Shown piece by piece: positions 1-15,103 of a DNA stretch of 64,000 bases (positions are counted from its first letter, which is position 1; every line of letters starts with the position of its first letter). The notes beneath the pieces were generated by a model that was not told the DNA's origin, did no database searches, and worked only from the letters and a program-made list of their open reading frames with translations. The DNA lies in NCBI RefSeq assembly GCF_009914755.1, contig NC_060928.1; one strand, written 5' to 3'. The translations under genes were made by a program, and so were the position numbers. This DNA is from the human T2T-CHM13v2.0 reference genome, Homo sapiens.

Positions 1-1384
1 AAAGAGATCTTTAAAAAGCTGTGAAAGTTTAATGGCATTTATTAAAATAAAGTACAAAATAAAACAAATACCAATAATATACATGCCAAAGCAGGAATGT
101 CATCTGCTCTTACAGGACTCTTCCTTATTTCCCCTGACAGAGAAAAAGGGGTGCATTTCTCAAAACTGAGTTTACTTTTTCTTCAGCCACTGGTGTTTTC
201 CTGAAGTTGAAAGTTTTAAAATTGCCAATAACAAAAAAGAGTATAGAAGAAAATCACATATATTAGATACATATCTATGTATCTAATATATATATGCATT
301 CAGTTTTAAATGAAATGTTTCCATTTATTTCAAAAAGGAGTAAGTAGAATTGACATTCTTTTTCCTTTGTTGATTTTTCGTTTCTTCATTCTATAGACTC
401 CTGGCCTTTGATAGGAAAAAAAATTATTAACTTTTGGAGTAAATTGTATTTATATAGCAGCCATATGTATTTTATTAAACATATTCTGACTTTAAGAGGT
501 GATTACTCTTATAACGTACATGGAATCTTAATACTTGACCCTTCCACTACTAAGAATTGTTCATCTTAGTGAAAGTACAATTTATGAGTTTGACTGGTAA
601 TTGAGAATATCTATAGATTGAAAAGGAAATGATAAAAATGTGGTTGTGAAAGTTTTTGTTTTAAAAAAACATTTGAAATATGACATCATGGATGGAGATA
701 AGTTTTGCTTTTATTCCTTTTTACATAGTTGCCTTTATTACAAACTTATTAAAACATACTTGAGTTTTATTTCTTCCAAGCATCTTTGAATATTTAGGTA
801 AATGATTTAAATTATGACAGACTGAAATTTTTTTGTTAAAAACTAAAACCCATCAGAAACTACAATGAATTTTATTAAAATCACATTTATTTATTCAGAA
901 CATATATGTGCTTACTGCAATCCTGTTACTCACCACAAAACATCTTTCATATGATTTGAAAAATGTTTATATCACTTGTTTTAAATGGAAAGTAGAACAA
1001 CAAAAAGAATGTTTCCTATATATAACTTGCAGTGATAAAAGCAAGTAATTGGAATAATTAGGCTTATGCATTTTAACTACTTATAGTATTTGAAGATATA
1101 TCAAAGAATTTCTTCTGAAGGTTTTTTCTCCAAAATGATAGCATTTTATCCTTTTTAAAGTGTTTGTTTTCCTGTTACAAAAAAAATAGTATTCATTTAT
1201 TAAAGAAAATGTGGAAACACTAGGAGAAACAAGTTTTAAAATCATCACTTATCTCACAAACTAAAATAATCATAATTGATATTTTGGTGTATAATTTTTC
1301 CAGTCTTTTCATTCTCTATTTATAAACTTAAAATATTTGCAGTAATTAAATCTTTGCCTTCCATCCAACCTGGTTAACTTTTTT

Positions 1385-3260
<1,876 letters not shown>

Positions 3261-3944
3261 GAAATTATCAACTAGTAATGATTGTAATAAGTCAATCAGG
3301 TGAGACCCTCACCATGCCTGTGTCTAGGTCTTTTCTTTTGTTCTGGGAAATGAACATGGATGTGGGTCTTCTAGTCTTCTGCTTGTGAGCTGTAGGCCTA
3401 GCTGCTAGACTTCTTAGATGAACCCAGGAGGGTTCTTTTAAAAACTAACAAGCAATCTTAAACCTTCTGTTTTTAGTTGTACCCGACTTTTACACACAGT
3501 TATAACCAGAGCTTCTGATTTCTGAACCTATCCAGGTGTGTACTACAGTAAATGGAGTGTTACTTGATGGCATTCCCCATGTATACACCGGCTTAGGTTT
3601 GTGTTTCAGTGATTTCTGGTCTACAAAGTTAGTTACCATTCAACCATTCACATTTACAGTTCCCAGAAATTTGATGACTTAGTTGTTTTATGATCCTGTT
3701 CTAGTGTCTTTATCCTAATGGGGTTATGCCTCTTTAAAAATCTTTTTGTTTTCTTTGAGACACCTCTTTCAAATCTTTTTAACCGCCACGTTAGGGATTT
3801 CGGAAAGCAACAGAGGTGAACACGTGTATTCAGTCCTTCATGTTCAGTTGGCAGTCTCTAATCTCTAGTCAATTTCTACCTCATCATAAAGACTCTTTGG
3901 CACCCCTATCAAGGGTAGATTACTTTTGTGTTAAAGATTTATAG

Positions 3945-4304
<360 letters not shown>

Positions 4305-6229
4305 ACTATTTTTTTAATATATATCTTTCACATAATCTTTCACATAAGACTGTGTCATGGGAGCAATGGCCACTTGTGTTTTTGCTTTACCTTGAATCAG
4401 CATCTATCATGATGTCAAACAAATAGGAGGAGCCCAGTAAATTATTGGTTAAATGATTAAGCATTTTCTCATAATTCATACTCTTCAAAATATTGATTTA
4501 GAACTTTAAAGAATTCCTGTATATTGTATCTATACATGTAAAATAGTTTGTATAACCATTCTGGTATAGTTGAACATTTAGGTATTTCAAATTTTTAAAT
4601 AAAATTGAATTAGCTTTTTCTGTGTTTATTTTCATAGCACAAACTTCATATGCTTGTTTCTGAGGCTGTAAACATAATATTGCCAACCTAGGTTTGCTTT
4701 ATACCAGTTCCACTGGCAATATTTTGTTGCCCATTTGCTATTCCTACTGGTTATCAGCATTACTTTTGTTTAAAACCCTTTTAACAGTGAAAAGTTTTGC
4801 AACCATTAACTCAACTTGACTTTAATATTAGTTGAATATATCTGAATTAGTACCACTCTTATAGGTATATGATAATATATTATCTTACTAAATGATTAAT
4901 GACTTAAGTTTTGTCTTTTATTATTATTGTCTTTTGGGATTACCATTTTCTTGAATCAAAACTTTTTGGTATTCTATGTTCTTTGGTGTTTCTTGGTAAA
5001 TTTTCTAGTATTAATTGGGTAAAAGTCTTAAAATATGATTAGGCCAAAAAATTTATGATAGGATTTTGATTTGAATGCATTAACTAGATTAATTTCAGTT
5101 GAATCTAAAGTAGATTGATGGCTTTTATTAGATGTAGGTAAGGAATGATTCTGTTGCTCTCTTCGGATCTGGTACTTTGGATCTAAGGGTCTTTTCTGCG
5201 TTTGTATGATCTTATTCTTAGGCTTTTATGAGGCATGCATTGAAATTTGGGAGTGTGGTCAGGAATGACTGTCCTGCCCCTTGGATCTGAGCAGAGATTG
5301 GAGTTATTCAAGGTTGGTAATGACCACATTCTAAGTGGATTTTACCAGACTTCAAATGAACCTTTTTTTCCTAATTGGATTTGGAAGTAAAGGTAAAATG
5401 TAGATTATGAAAACAATATTGGAAGAGTCTGTCAAATGAGTTGGGGCAATGCTTTATTTAAAGCACTTAATTAAGAAGTATTAGATATCTTCTATTAAGG
5501 GTATGTGTGTATTGTGTGTTTAATAAACACATACAGTATATAACATACCATACATATCATTTATTGAACAGTTGATACAGCTAAGCATTGTTCTTGAGGA
5601 CTCTACATATATGTATTAACTCATTTAATTTGCATGACTAAGAGGTAGATATTTACCCTTATTTTACAGTTGGATGACTATGGCTTATTCTTAATAATTG
5701 TCTGCATTTCAACTGCTAGTAAGTGGTGGAACTTGGTAGCTTTGAGTTTGTGCGTTTAACCACTGCACCATAGTGTCTCCCTTTTGATCTGTTGCTAATT
5801 CTAACCTAAACTCTTTATGATTCTAATGTGATTTAAATGTTTATTTTTCTTTTAGAAACAATTGGCAGAGCACATGGCATTGTTCTTTAGCTATGTTCTC
5901 ATCACTGAAGAGTGAGTTAGCATCATCAACTGAATATTAGGGCTTTGGAGTTCATTTCTTCTATTAACTCATTAAAGAAAAAATAGTTTAGAGAAGGGAA
6001 AAATTTATCTTGGCAAAGAGCAATAAGCAGGACTTTTGCAATATCTCTCCCCACAACTTCAATATGTAAGAGATTTAGAAATAAGCTGAAAAAAAAGTCT
6101 TGTTCTATGATTTTTTTTTTTTCATTTTCTTAGAGAATATCCTCCCTATGCCACACATACAAACACATGTTAAGGTATTTGTGTTTTTGATTCAGTCCAT
6201 AGTTTACATAGTAGAATGAAATATTTGAT

Positions 6230-6610
6230 TTATCCATTCAACAAATATTTGAGAGCCTATTATATGCTACGCTTTGTTTTATATGCTAGAGAGTAAGAGA
6301 GACTAAGTTACTGCCTTCATGGATCTTCTGTTTTAAAGAAGTATAGAGACAGAAAATGTTAGATGATAATCAGTACTATGCAGAAAAAATATACTATCAA
6401 GGGGATAGAGAAAGAAGCTGCTATTTTAGACAGGATAGTCTGTCATGCTATCTCTTAAAGACCTGAATGAAGTGAGAGGTGCAAGCTTTGGTCGTATCTG
6501 GGCAAATGTATTTCAAGCAGAAAAAAAAGGAAGTAGGAAGATCCTGAAAAGGGATTACCTGGCATGTTTGAGGAACAGCAGAGATCAGTGTAGCAAAAAT
6601 GGTAGAGAAT
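6230..6610 (-). mobile_element. L2 3' fragment
   Basis: Starts with atccattcaacaaatatttgagagcctattatatgc, the antisense L2 3' end signature. Confidence 0.6.
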
Positions 6611-6755
6611 CAGGGACCAGATATTTGTTCCAAATGTAATCTGGTAATTTCTCTAAAGAAGTGATAAGTTTTATACAGTTGTCATATTTCTTAGTATTTT
6701 TAGTTGCTCAGATAATACATTTAAAGTGGCTAACATGAAGTAAGGCTTTTTTATA

Positions 6756-7110
6756 CAGTTGTCACTTGGTAACCACTGGGGCTAGTTCCAGGACCACCCA
6801 GAGATACCAAGATCGGCAATGCTCAAGTCCCTTATGTAAAATGATGTAGTTTTTGCCTATAACCTGTGCACATCTTGTTGTGTACTTTAAATCGTCTCTA
6901 GATTACTTATAATACCTAAGTGCCTAGACATCACATTTGTGCGGATTCAATGTCGTATCATACTTGGTGCACATCAGATTCAAGCTTTGCTTTCTGGAAC
7001 ATTTTGGAATTTTTTTTTCCTGAGTATTTTTGATCAGGAATTATATTTTCAATATAATTTCTTGGTTGAATCCCATGAATGCAGAAGCCCCAGACACAGA
7101 GGGCCGACTG
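6756..7110. mobile_element. MER2-family (Tc1/mariner-Tigger) non-autonomous DNA transposon
   Basis: TA|cagttgtc...gggccgactg|TA termini. Internal gctcaagtcccttatgtaaaatg and ctctagattacttataatacctaa match MER2. Confidence 0.85.
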
Positions 7111-7409
7111 TATATGTTATATACAAATTACTATTTAAAATCGTAATAGACGAATAAGAAAATTTTTAAGATACGATAGATCCTCTAGTTATTCACTGAT
7201 ACCCAAAAATACATATATTTTTTAAATTACTTATTTTAAATTTCATAGTATCTTAATGTGAAAGGAGCCGTGTCAAGAGCTAGTGTATACTCTTTATTGA
7301 TATATTAAACCATTATGAAATTATCATATTTTCACAATAATTAATAAGCAATTGCCTGGTTACCTAAAATTTAATTTGCCCAGGTTTATTACTAGATGAC
7401 TTTGTTTGT

Positions 7410-7890
7410 AAGCTTAGGTTCATTAGGGACAACAGAAAACTCCTAAGTGGCTTGAGTAAGATAGAAGTTTGTTTCCCTTACCAGAAACATTAACACTTCT
7501 AGAGTAGTATGGTGATTTTCATGGATTGAAGCTCCTTTTTATCTCATTCTTCTGTTATCCTGAAAACACAGTTTTTGCCTTATGGTCTAATATGGTCTCT
7601 TCACTTTAGCTATCACATCAGCATTTCAGCAAGCAAGAAAGAGAAAAGGAAGGTCTTCCCTTTTAAGGATACAGTACTTCCCAGAAATTGCACGTACCAC
7701 TTTCACTTTATATCCCATTGGCCAGATCTTACATGCAGGGGTACACTTACCTACAAGAAGGCTGGGCTATGTATGTAGTTTTTTGGTTTTTTGTTTTTTA
7801 CTCTGGGAAGCTCTGTATCTGTCTAGCTTTGATGACCCTATTATTGACAGGAACAGGTAGTTATTAGTGTACATCTATCAGTCACTGCAC
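7410..7890 (-). mobile_element. Old MLT1 (ERVL-MaLR) LTR remnant
   Basis: aacagaaaactc...gtggcttgagtaagatagaagtttgttt and atcccattggccagatcttacatg are MLT1-like. Edges approximate. Confidence 0.55.
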
Positions 7891-8079
7891 CACAGGTCTT
7901 TTAAACAATAAGGAGAAATTAGTTTTATAGTAATGTGGTTTTTTTTCTATTTTTTCTATATTAAATCTTAAATTATGAAATATACTATAGAATATTCTGT
8001 GAATTTTTTAAGAGATAAAATTGTCCTACAACCAACCATGTATACCTTTATGTTGTCAATATAAAGTAATTATTAAGAT

Positions 8080-8310
8080 AGCGATTAAGAGTATGGAGCC
8101 AAACTGCTTAGGTTCAGGTTCTGCCAGTGCTACCTGCCAGTGGTATAACCTTGGGCAACTTACCTATTTAACTTTTTGTGATATAGTGTTGTCATCTTAA
8201 AATGGGAAGATAATAATACCTAACTCATAGGATCGTTCTTAGGATTAAGTAATTGGTTGTAAAGAACATAGAAAAGCTCCTGGCTCAGAGTATAGCCTCA
8301 AATGCTGTTA
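8080..8310 (+). mobile_element. MIR SINE
   Basis: taaccttgggcaacttacc...catcttaaaatgggaagataataatacctaactcatagga core. Confidence 0.8.
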
Positions 8311-9673
8311 GTTCTTACTATCAATTGGCAGGTTTTTAGCGAAAGTACTTTTAATAATACCCTAAGTAAAACTTAACTTTAAAAGTTAACCTATGAAGAT
8401 GCATTAATGTTTCCACTGTGGTAGAGAAAAAGACTCATCTTTAAAAATGAGTCTAAATTTGCTTATTTCATTTTGGAGTATGTTATTACTTACATTGAGA
8501 GATTTTCTTAGGTAGCGAGCTGTAGTATTTATAATATGTATACATATGTATACAATATATGTTCCTTTGCAAATAGTTATGTTTTTTAAACTTTCCACAA
8601 AAAGTGTGCCTTTTAAAAGTCTATTCAGAGCCATAATGTCAAAAGACTATTAGCAGTGAAACTATTTTATTACCTGTATCTTGGGATAAATAAATGAACA
8701 GGAACCTATTAGAGTAATTATGTGACAATTGAAAGTTGAGGATCTTTCAAGGTGGAACTAGGCTTCATGTTAAGGCTTTGCTTAATTTACTTTCCCAGGA
8801 AGTCTTGCCTTAATCCCTGGGCCTGATTACTATATACTCTGTTGTGTTTTTTTATATAGCATTCTATACATAACTCTTTTAGCACCTAGCATATTTTATT
8901 GAAATTGTATATTTGTGTCTATCTCCCCTACCACATCATAAGACTATGTCCCACTCATGTTTACATGCTCTGCATCCTACACACTGTCAGTATCGTAGAT
9001 TTAATTAACTTATTATGCTGAACAGTGATACAGGTTGCCATTTTGTAGGAGTTTGTTTTTTTTTTTTAAATCTTAAGTCAGAAATAACAGTAATTTATTC
9101 ATGGCCTTAAACTGTTCTCCAAATTTGGCCATCTGCAGCAAGATGTTTAGAAATAGGCATATTTCCAAAATAAGCTATAATACTTCAAAGTAATGTTCCG
9201 TGTTACTGAAGTGCAGTTTAGGAAAGCTGTGCTTCCTGGCTGTTGATTGTGTACTTCCCATATGTATGCTTCTATTTCTCACTCATACCAAGGTATCACA
9301 ACAAGAAATTTACTTGTATGTTTTAGAGTATGACAACTTTATTTAAGAGGTCATTTAGTTAACTCATGTCATGCTGCATAAAATGCAGGAGTAAATAAGA
9401 GATGGTAGATAATCCTTTTGATAACACTTATTTTACCTGTGTTGAGTCTGAAATCAAAATATTCCATAGTTAACTTAGATCTCAGGTGAAGTGTGTATAT
9501 GTATGTACAGGAAACATGTTTGGGTACCTATCATATATATTTATGTATTTTAGTGTCAAAATTGGATTATTTTTGCCACTTACTCTTGCATTAGTAGATG
9601 ATCAAACTCTTTAATTTCATAACTGAAACAAAATCCAACCGACAATCTCCATCTTACATGTGGGCCTGTAGAG

Positions 9674-9763
9674 TGTAGAGGGCTTGCTGAGGTGGTAAAG
9701 GTAGATGCAGTTAATCTGTAGAGGACTTGCTGAGGTGGTAAAGGTAGATGCAGTTCATCTGTA
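9674..9763. repeat. Tandem duplication, 2 x 43 bp
   Basis: tgtagaggRcttgctgaggtggtaaaggtagatgcagttMatc at 9674 and 9717, two mismatches. Confidence 0.95.
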
Positions 9764-9878
9764 CTCCTTACTTGTGTGCTAGCATATTATTTTGTTTTTA
9801 AAGGGACTGTGCTGAAAATTACTAAAATGTAATCCCAGACATTTAATTTTTAGACATTTTTCAAATCAGTTAAAAAAA

Positions 9879-10043
9879 TTTTTTTTCATTTGTTGAGAGA
9901 CAGGGTCTTGCCCTGTTGCTCAGGCCGGAGTGCATTGGCACAGTCATAGCTCACTACATGCTCAAACTCCTGGGCTCAAGTGATCTTCCTTTTTCTACCT
10001 CCCAGCTAGCTGGGACTACAAGCATGAGCCACCATGCCCAGCC
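9879..10043 (-). mobile_element. Alu monomer (FRAM/FAM-like), antisense
   Basis: Single arm gagacagggtcttgccctgttgctcagg...gagccaccatgcccagcc. Confidence 0.85.
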
Positions 10044-10941
10044 TCTAAATGGGTTTTAATGTACTATTCTAATAGTCTATTAGAGATTTAGGAATTTGAG
10101 AAAAATCCTGTATTTTATAATATAGACTAAAAATAATGGTCATCCTTGCTATTGGCATTTATCAAATAAGTGTTATGATGTAAAAATGCTGGATAAACCA
10201 CAGAATGTTTCATGCATACCTTTTTTCTTCTCCACAGCAGTTTGTAATACTGTTGTCCCTTCTGCATTTAGTAAATAAAAAACTTTCGAATGAAGAATGA
10301 CTCAGAGGAAATACTATGCCACTATACTCATCAGCTTTAATTTTTTTTATATTTTTAATCATTTATAAACTTTGAAGAAGTTAAATTTTCAATAATATTT
10401 GTAATATAAGATGTTTTCATTAAACTAATTTATTTAAATATGACTTTATAAAGCCACATTGGCAAGTTGAGATGAATTTTTCTGCTTATTTTTTATTTTA
10501 ACATTTTAATTGTTTTTGATTTAGGAATATGAAATTCTCTCAAGTTTTATTTTTGACAGATCTATAGATAAAATTACAAACAACTTTGAAAAAATTTAAA
10601 AATTCACATTTCATATTAAATTTGCAAGACTAGGATATGATAGATATATTGTTTTTACATTCCAAAAATAAATAAGCTTTATTCTATTGGCATTGCTCCC
10701 AAATCACATTGTATTCTTATGATCTAGGAACTAAGGTTAACTTTTTGTTTTGCTTTCAACTTCCAAAGATAATTTTAGTTAATATACTTTTAGTTGAACA
10801 TAAGCTTTTTAGTTCTTAAGAAATATACTGTGCTCAATAATTTTCTCTTTATGCTGCCTTTGTTGTTGTTTTTTGTTTTTTTGTTTTTGCTTTTCAAATA
10901 ACTCCATAATCTTCAAACTCACCTTTCCTGTCTTTTTAAAG

Positions 10942-10992
10942 GTCGATTGAGCTATCCACATCCAGGAACTGACAATCTGTTGATGTTAAATG
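10942..10992 (+). CDS. CPEB2: CPEB2 internal coding exon, 51 nt, phase 1-1, encoding (G)RLSYPHPGTDNLLMLN
   Basis: Acceptor ctttcctgtctttttaaag| and donor |gtaagt. Translation resembles the CPEB2-4 B-region segment and joins in frame to the downstream exons. Too short to appear in the ORF track. Confidence 0.93.
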
Positions 10993-11199
10993 GTAAGTTT
11001 TATAAAAACATTTTATGTTTCCAGTTGATTTATGTAAAGATGATTTAATACATGTTTCTCTGAACCTGTCCATACACACAATTTAATCATTCTATGAGCA
11101 TAAAAATAAAGTTACAACTATTCCTATGCAAAAGGCAGAATTAGGAATCTGAGTGTGTTCGGGCTGGTAAAGCAGCCATTTGTAACAGTATGACTTTAA

Positions 11200-11390
11200 T
11201 TCAGTGATCACGGACTTGGAGGCAGTCCTGGTTTGAATATTGCCTTTCCAGTTTCAGGTATGACCTTGGACAGATTACTATTACCTTAGTTTCCCCATCT
11301 CTGTAATGAGAATATAGTCTCAAGGTTTATTGTGAGATTTAAATGAAATGTTTGCAAAGGCATAGAACTTGTTACTTAGTATAGCATTGT
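11200..11390 (+). mobile_element. MIR SINE
   Basis: gaccttggacagattac...ccttagtttccccatctctgtaatgag...ttgtgagatttaaatga. Confidence 0.7.
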
Positions 11391-12513
11391 GTTTGTGGTT
11401 AAATAAGGAATATACTGGTAACTCTATAAATATTGTGATCACACTAAACTTACTCAAACTAGAAAGCTTACATAGAGAAGTTCACCAAAGTAAGGAAAAT
11501 AATAAATAAATTTCATTAAAGTTAGTTTTCTTTCTGTTAGACAAACATTAACATATTCAGAGTCTCAGTACTTAGCACTTCCGTGATTGTGGGAGTAGAG
11601 ATGGAAGATTAAAATATCCTTCACAGGAGTATTTTTAAGTCAGAGGGTGGGTGTGGAGAGGGAAATAGGAAGGGGAAAGAATAGAAATAGTATTAATATT
11701 TACTTTAAAAAAATATCATTAGAATGGCTTGGCTCTTGTATTTCAACTGAAGGTTTGCTGAAATAAGATGGCAATGAAGTTGAGGAACAAAGACTGAAAA
11801 TAAGGTACATGTGAAGCTAGACTATGTGAACTAATATTAAGACAGAAGGATGGAAATAAAGTCCAGGCCACGTAGGAGATGGTCAGGGTAAGTAGGATTC
11901 TCAATGAGAAAAATTGAAGAAGGCAGAGCATTAGATGAGGTGATTGATTTAATCATTCAGTATTTCACTGTTTAGTTGTCTAGCGCATGCCAGTCTAGTC
12001 TAAGCACTCGGTTATCTAATTAGTGAGAATCCTACAGGATGGTTGTGGTCAGAATTGCCTGGGGCCATACTGAGTCATGTGGAAGCAAAGAGCTTAGTAG
12101 CCACAGTGTATTTGCAACTTACATTATTAGTTATACTAAACATTATTAAACTAATGGATGATTTTGTCAGTTGGGAAAAGCCCTTATAAATAATCTAGAT
12201 GTTAGGTTGAAAAGTGTTTCATCACATGGCAGAAAGAAGAGTATTTTATTTCAGGCAAGAGTTGCATCTTGTGGACAAGTCGGCTTTGTGTATTATGTGA
12301 GTAGTCTTAGTAGTCATTTGGGGCCACAATGCATACTCAGTACAGGAAGCCAGCCTGGAAATTCTGAACTTTTTCTGGCAAGGTACTAGCGGGGAGAAAA
12401 AGATAATGAAACTAGGACATGAAAATGTGTTTACATCAGGAAAAGAAACAATTTGATCCAAAGAGAATTTTTTTTAAAACTTTTTTCGGATCATTGGTTG
12501 AGAGTGAAGCAAA

Positions 12514-12582
12514 ATAATTGGGAATATTTGTGGGTTAAAGAAGTCACAACATAATCGGGAATATTTGTGGGTTAAAGAAGTC
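12514..12582. repeat. Direct repeat with 37-bp period and 26-bp identical core
   Basis: gggaatatttgtgggttaaagaagtc at 12520 and 12557. Confidence 0.95.
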
Positions 12583-13024
12583 TTGAATATTAGGGATTTA
12601 AATAATTTTAGTAGACACCAGGGTTACTGAAGAGAGAACTAGGCCAAGAAAGGTACTAATAGGTAAGGGGATGTTTTTCTTGAGCTATTTTTTAACTACG
12701 TGCAATTCAGCTATATTCTTAGCATATTGTCTTCCTGGGAAATGTGAGAATTAAGTGATATTAGTGCTCCTGTACTAAGTATTTATTAAATGTTATTGAC
12801 TGATTAAAGAAATTGTATCTCATAGTACGTAGATCTACTTTTTGAATTATGAAAGTTTTTAAGTATTACACATTTAACTCACTTTGAGGCATTTGGTTAA
12901 GTAAGTTGAATTACTTAACTGACAGGCAGAGCTAATATTGTTAGCTTTAAAAATCAGTGTTTAGTAATAAATTTTGCATCAGTCTTTTTTTCTTTTTTTT
13001 TGTAGTGGTGTAATAGTAGCTAGC

Positions 13025-13260
13025 TCATAGTGGTTGCTAACATAGATTCTGGAGCCAGATTATCTGAGTTTAAACCCAGGTTGGCTTTTTCTATCTGTGT
13101 AACCTTGAACAGCTTACCTCACTTCACTTTGACTCAGTTTGTTTATGTCTAAAATAGAGATTAGCATACTGCCTGACTCAGGGGGACTGTTCTGAGAAGT
13201 GAGTGAATTCATTCATGTAAAGTATTTAGAGCAGCTTCTGGAAGTAAATGTTAGCTAAGT
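13025..13260 (+). mobile_element. MIR SINE
   Basis: agattctggagccagattatctgagtt...gtgtaaccttgaacagcttacc...catgtaaagtatttagagcag. Confidence 0.8.
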
Positions 13261-14800
13261 AGTGGGTGATGGTGAACAGTGACAAAAATTTATTTGAAAG
13301 AGTAAAAATCATGTCCTATAAATACATGAAGTTGGATATGTCTATGTTGGAGAATATAAACTTAAGAGAAAACATAACTGATATTTTAAACTATTTGAAG
13401 TATATTATAAGTAGCCAACAAAGATGGCCCATTTTGTGTTGTTGCAGAAAGCCAAACTAGAACTATTTGTTAGAAACTATCTTGGGACAAAGTTTAGGTA
13501 AAATAACCCCCCAAAAAAGTAAAATAACTCTCTGAGGCACTGTTTCCTAAAGTGTGATGCTGTTGCTCCTTGGAGTACCCAAGATGATTTTGATGTACAC
13601 AGATACACATTAAAATAAATGCATGACTGTTGCAATTAAAGAACATTCCTTAGAAAATGCAGAACTGACAGAAAGCTGACAGTGATGCTAGGCTTGAGTT
13701 TCTTTAATAAAACATACTGTTACAATTGTTGGGCCGATATGGCAAATATATCTGTAAACATACCTGTAAAGATTTTATGATTCTACCTTAATAGTTAATC
13801 AGCAGTTATGGTTAATCTTTTCAATATTCCTTTAAGTAAGAAATAAAGAGAAAATGGGATAAAAGCCAGGAAGTTGGTCAAATTCAGTAAAACTATGAAG
13901 TGTCTCTGGCAAATCCTTAACTCTAAGCATCTGTTAACTCAGATATATATTTTTTAAAAAAGAGGTGTAATACAATAAATACCCGTATATCTCATGAGGC
14001 TGTAGAGATATTTTTTAATTTAAACAATAAAAAAACCATATAAATATAACTACAAGCAGTCTCCTTCCGAACAGACCATATTCCCCAAATTAAGTTGAAT
14101 TGACTGCTGGAGACTGTCACTATTGAAGAATTCAAATATGTTGAAGAGTCCGTATTTAGCATCCAGAAGCACTTTAGGGAAGTCACATTATATAGAATTG
14201 TGTAGATTGTTTTAAAACCAAAGGTGAAGTACTTCTGAAATTAGAATGAAAGTATGTATGTTTATATTTCTAAATGTATAAATCCTAAACACTTTTTATT
14301 ATCAGTAGTTTAAAAAAAAACCCTGCCTTCCATAGTAGTAAAGAGCAATACAAAATGATGTATCATTCAAGTATTTGTATTAATATTTGAATTATATCTT
14401 CTTTACCCCTTTCTCAAGGAAAATAGCTTACGTTTTTATTAGTACGTAACGTTTTTCAAGAGAAACAAATAGAGCAGAAGTATTGGTGGCCAGGAGGGGG
14501 AGTGGGAATGGTATTAGCAAGCTAGTTAGAAATGTAAATTTGCTGTGATAACCCACATACAGCTATGTATGTCATAAAGAGCTTACTGTACTTTTTGAGA
14601 GGAAAAAAGTTATGAGTATCATTTAATTAAGAAAATTAAGTCAGTAATTGTATTTCTGAAGGCAGATGCTCTAACTTGTATCTATTCAGTCATAAAAATG
14701 GGAAAGTGGGGTAGCCATCAGTTCTTTTTTTCTTTTATGCCAGTGGAATGAGTGGAGGAGATAAGCTTTCTTTTGGGTCTTGAAAAGGACTATCATTTAG

Positions 14801-15103
14801 GGCCCGGGCGCAATGGCTCACGCCTGTAATCCTAGCACTTTGGGAGGCCGAGGCAGGCAGATCACGAGGTCAGGAGATCGAGACCATCCTGGCTAACACG
14901 GTGAAACCCCGTCTCTACTAAAAATACAAAAAAATTAGCTGGGTGTGGTGGTGGGTGCCTGTAGTCCCAGCTACTCGGGAGCTGAGGCAGGAGAGTGGCG
15001 TGAACCCCGGGAGTTGGAGCTTGCAGTGATGCAGTGAGCTGAGACTGCGCCACTGCACTCCAGCCTGGGCGACAGAGCAAGACTCCGCCTCAAAAAAAAA
15101 AAA
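14801..15103 (+). mobile_element. AluY-like element, sense
   Basis: ggcccgggcgcaatggctcacgcc...gagatcgagaccatcctggctaacacgg...A-tail, with an imperfect TSD ending atttag. Confidence 0.95.

Noticed and set aside
9674-12582. Direct repeats that superficially resemble CRISPR repeat-spacer units
   Set aside because: Only two units each, eukaryotic intron context and no cas genes. They are simple duplications.
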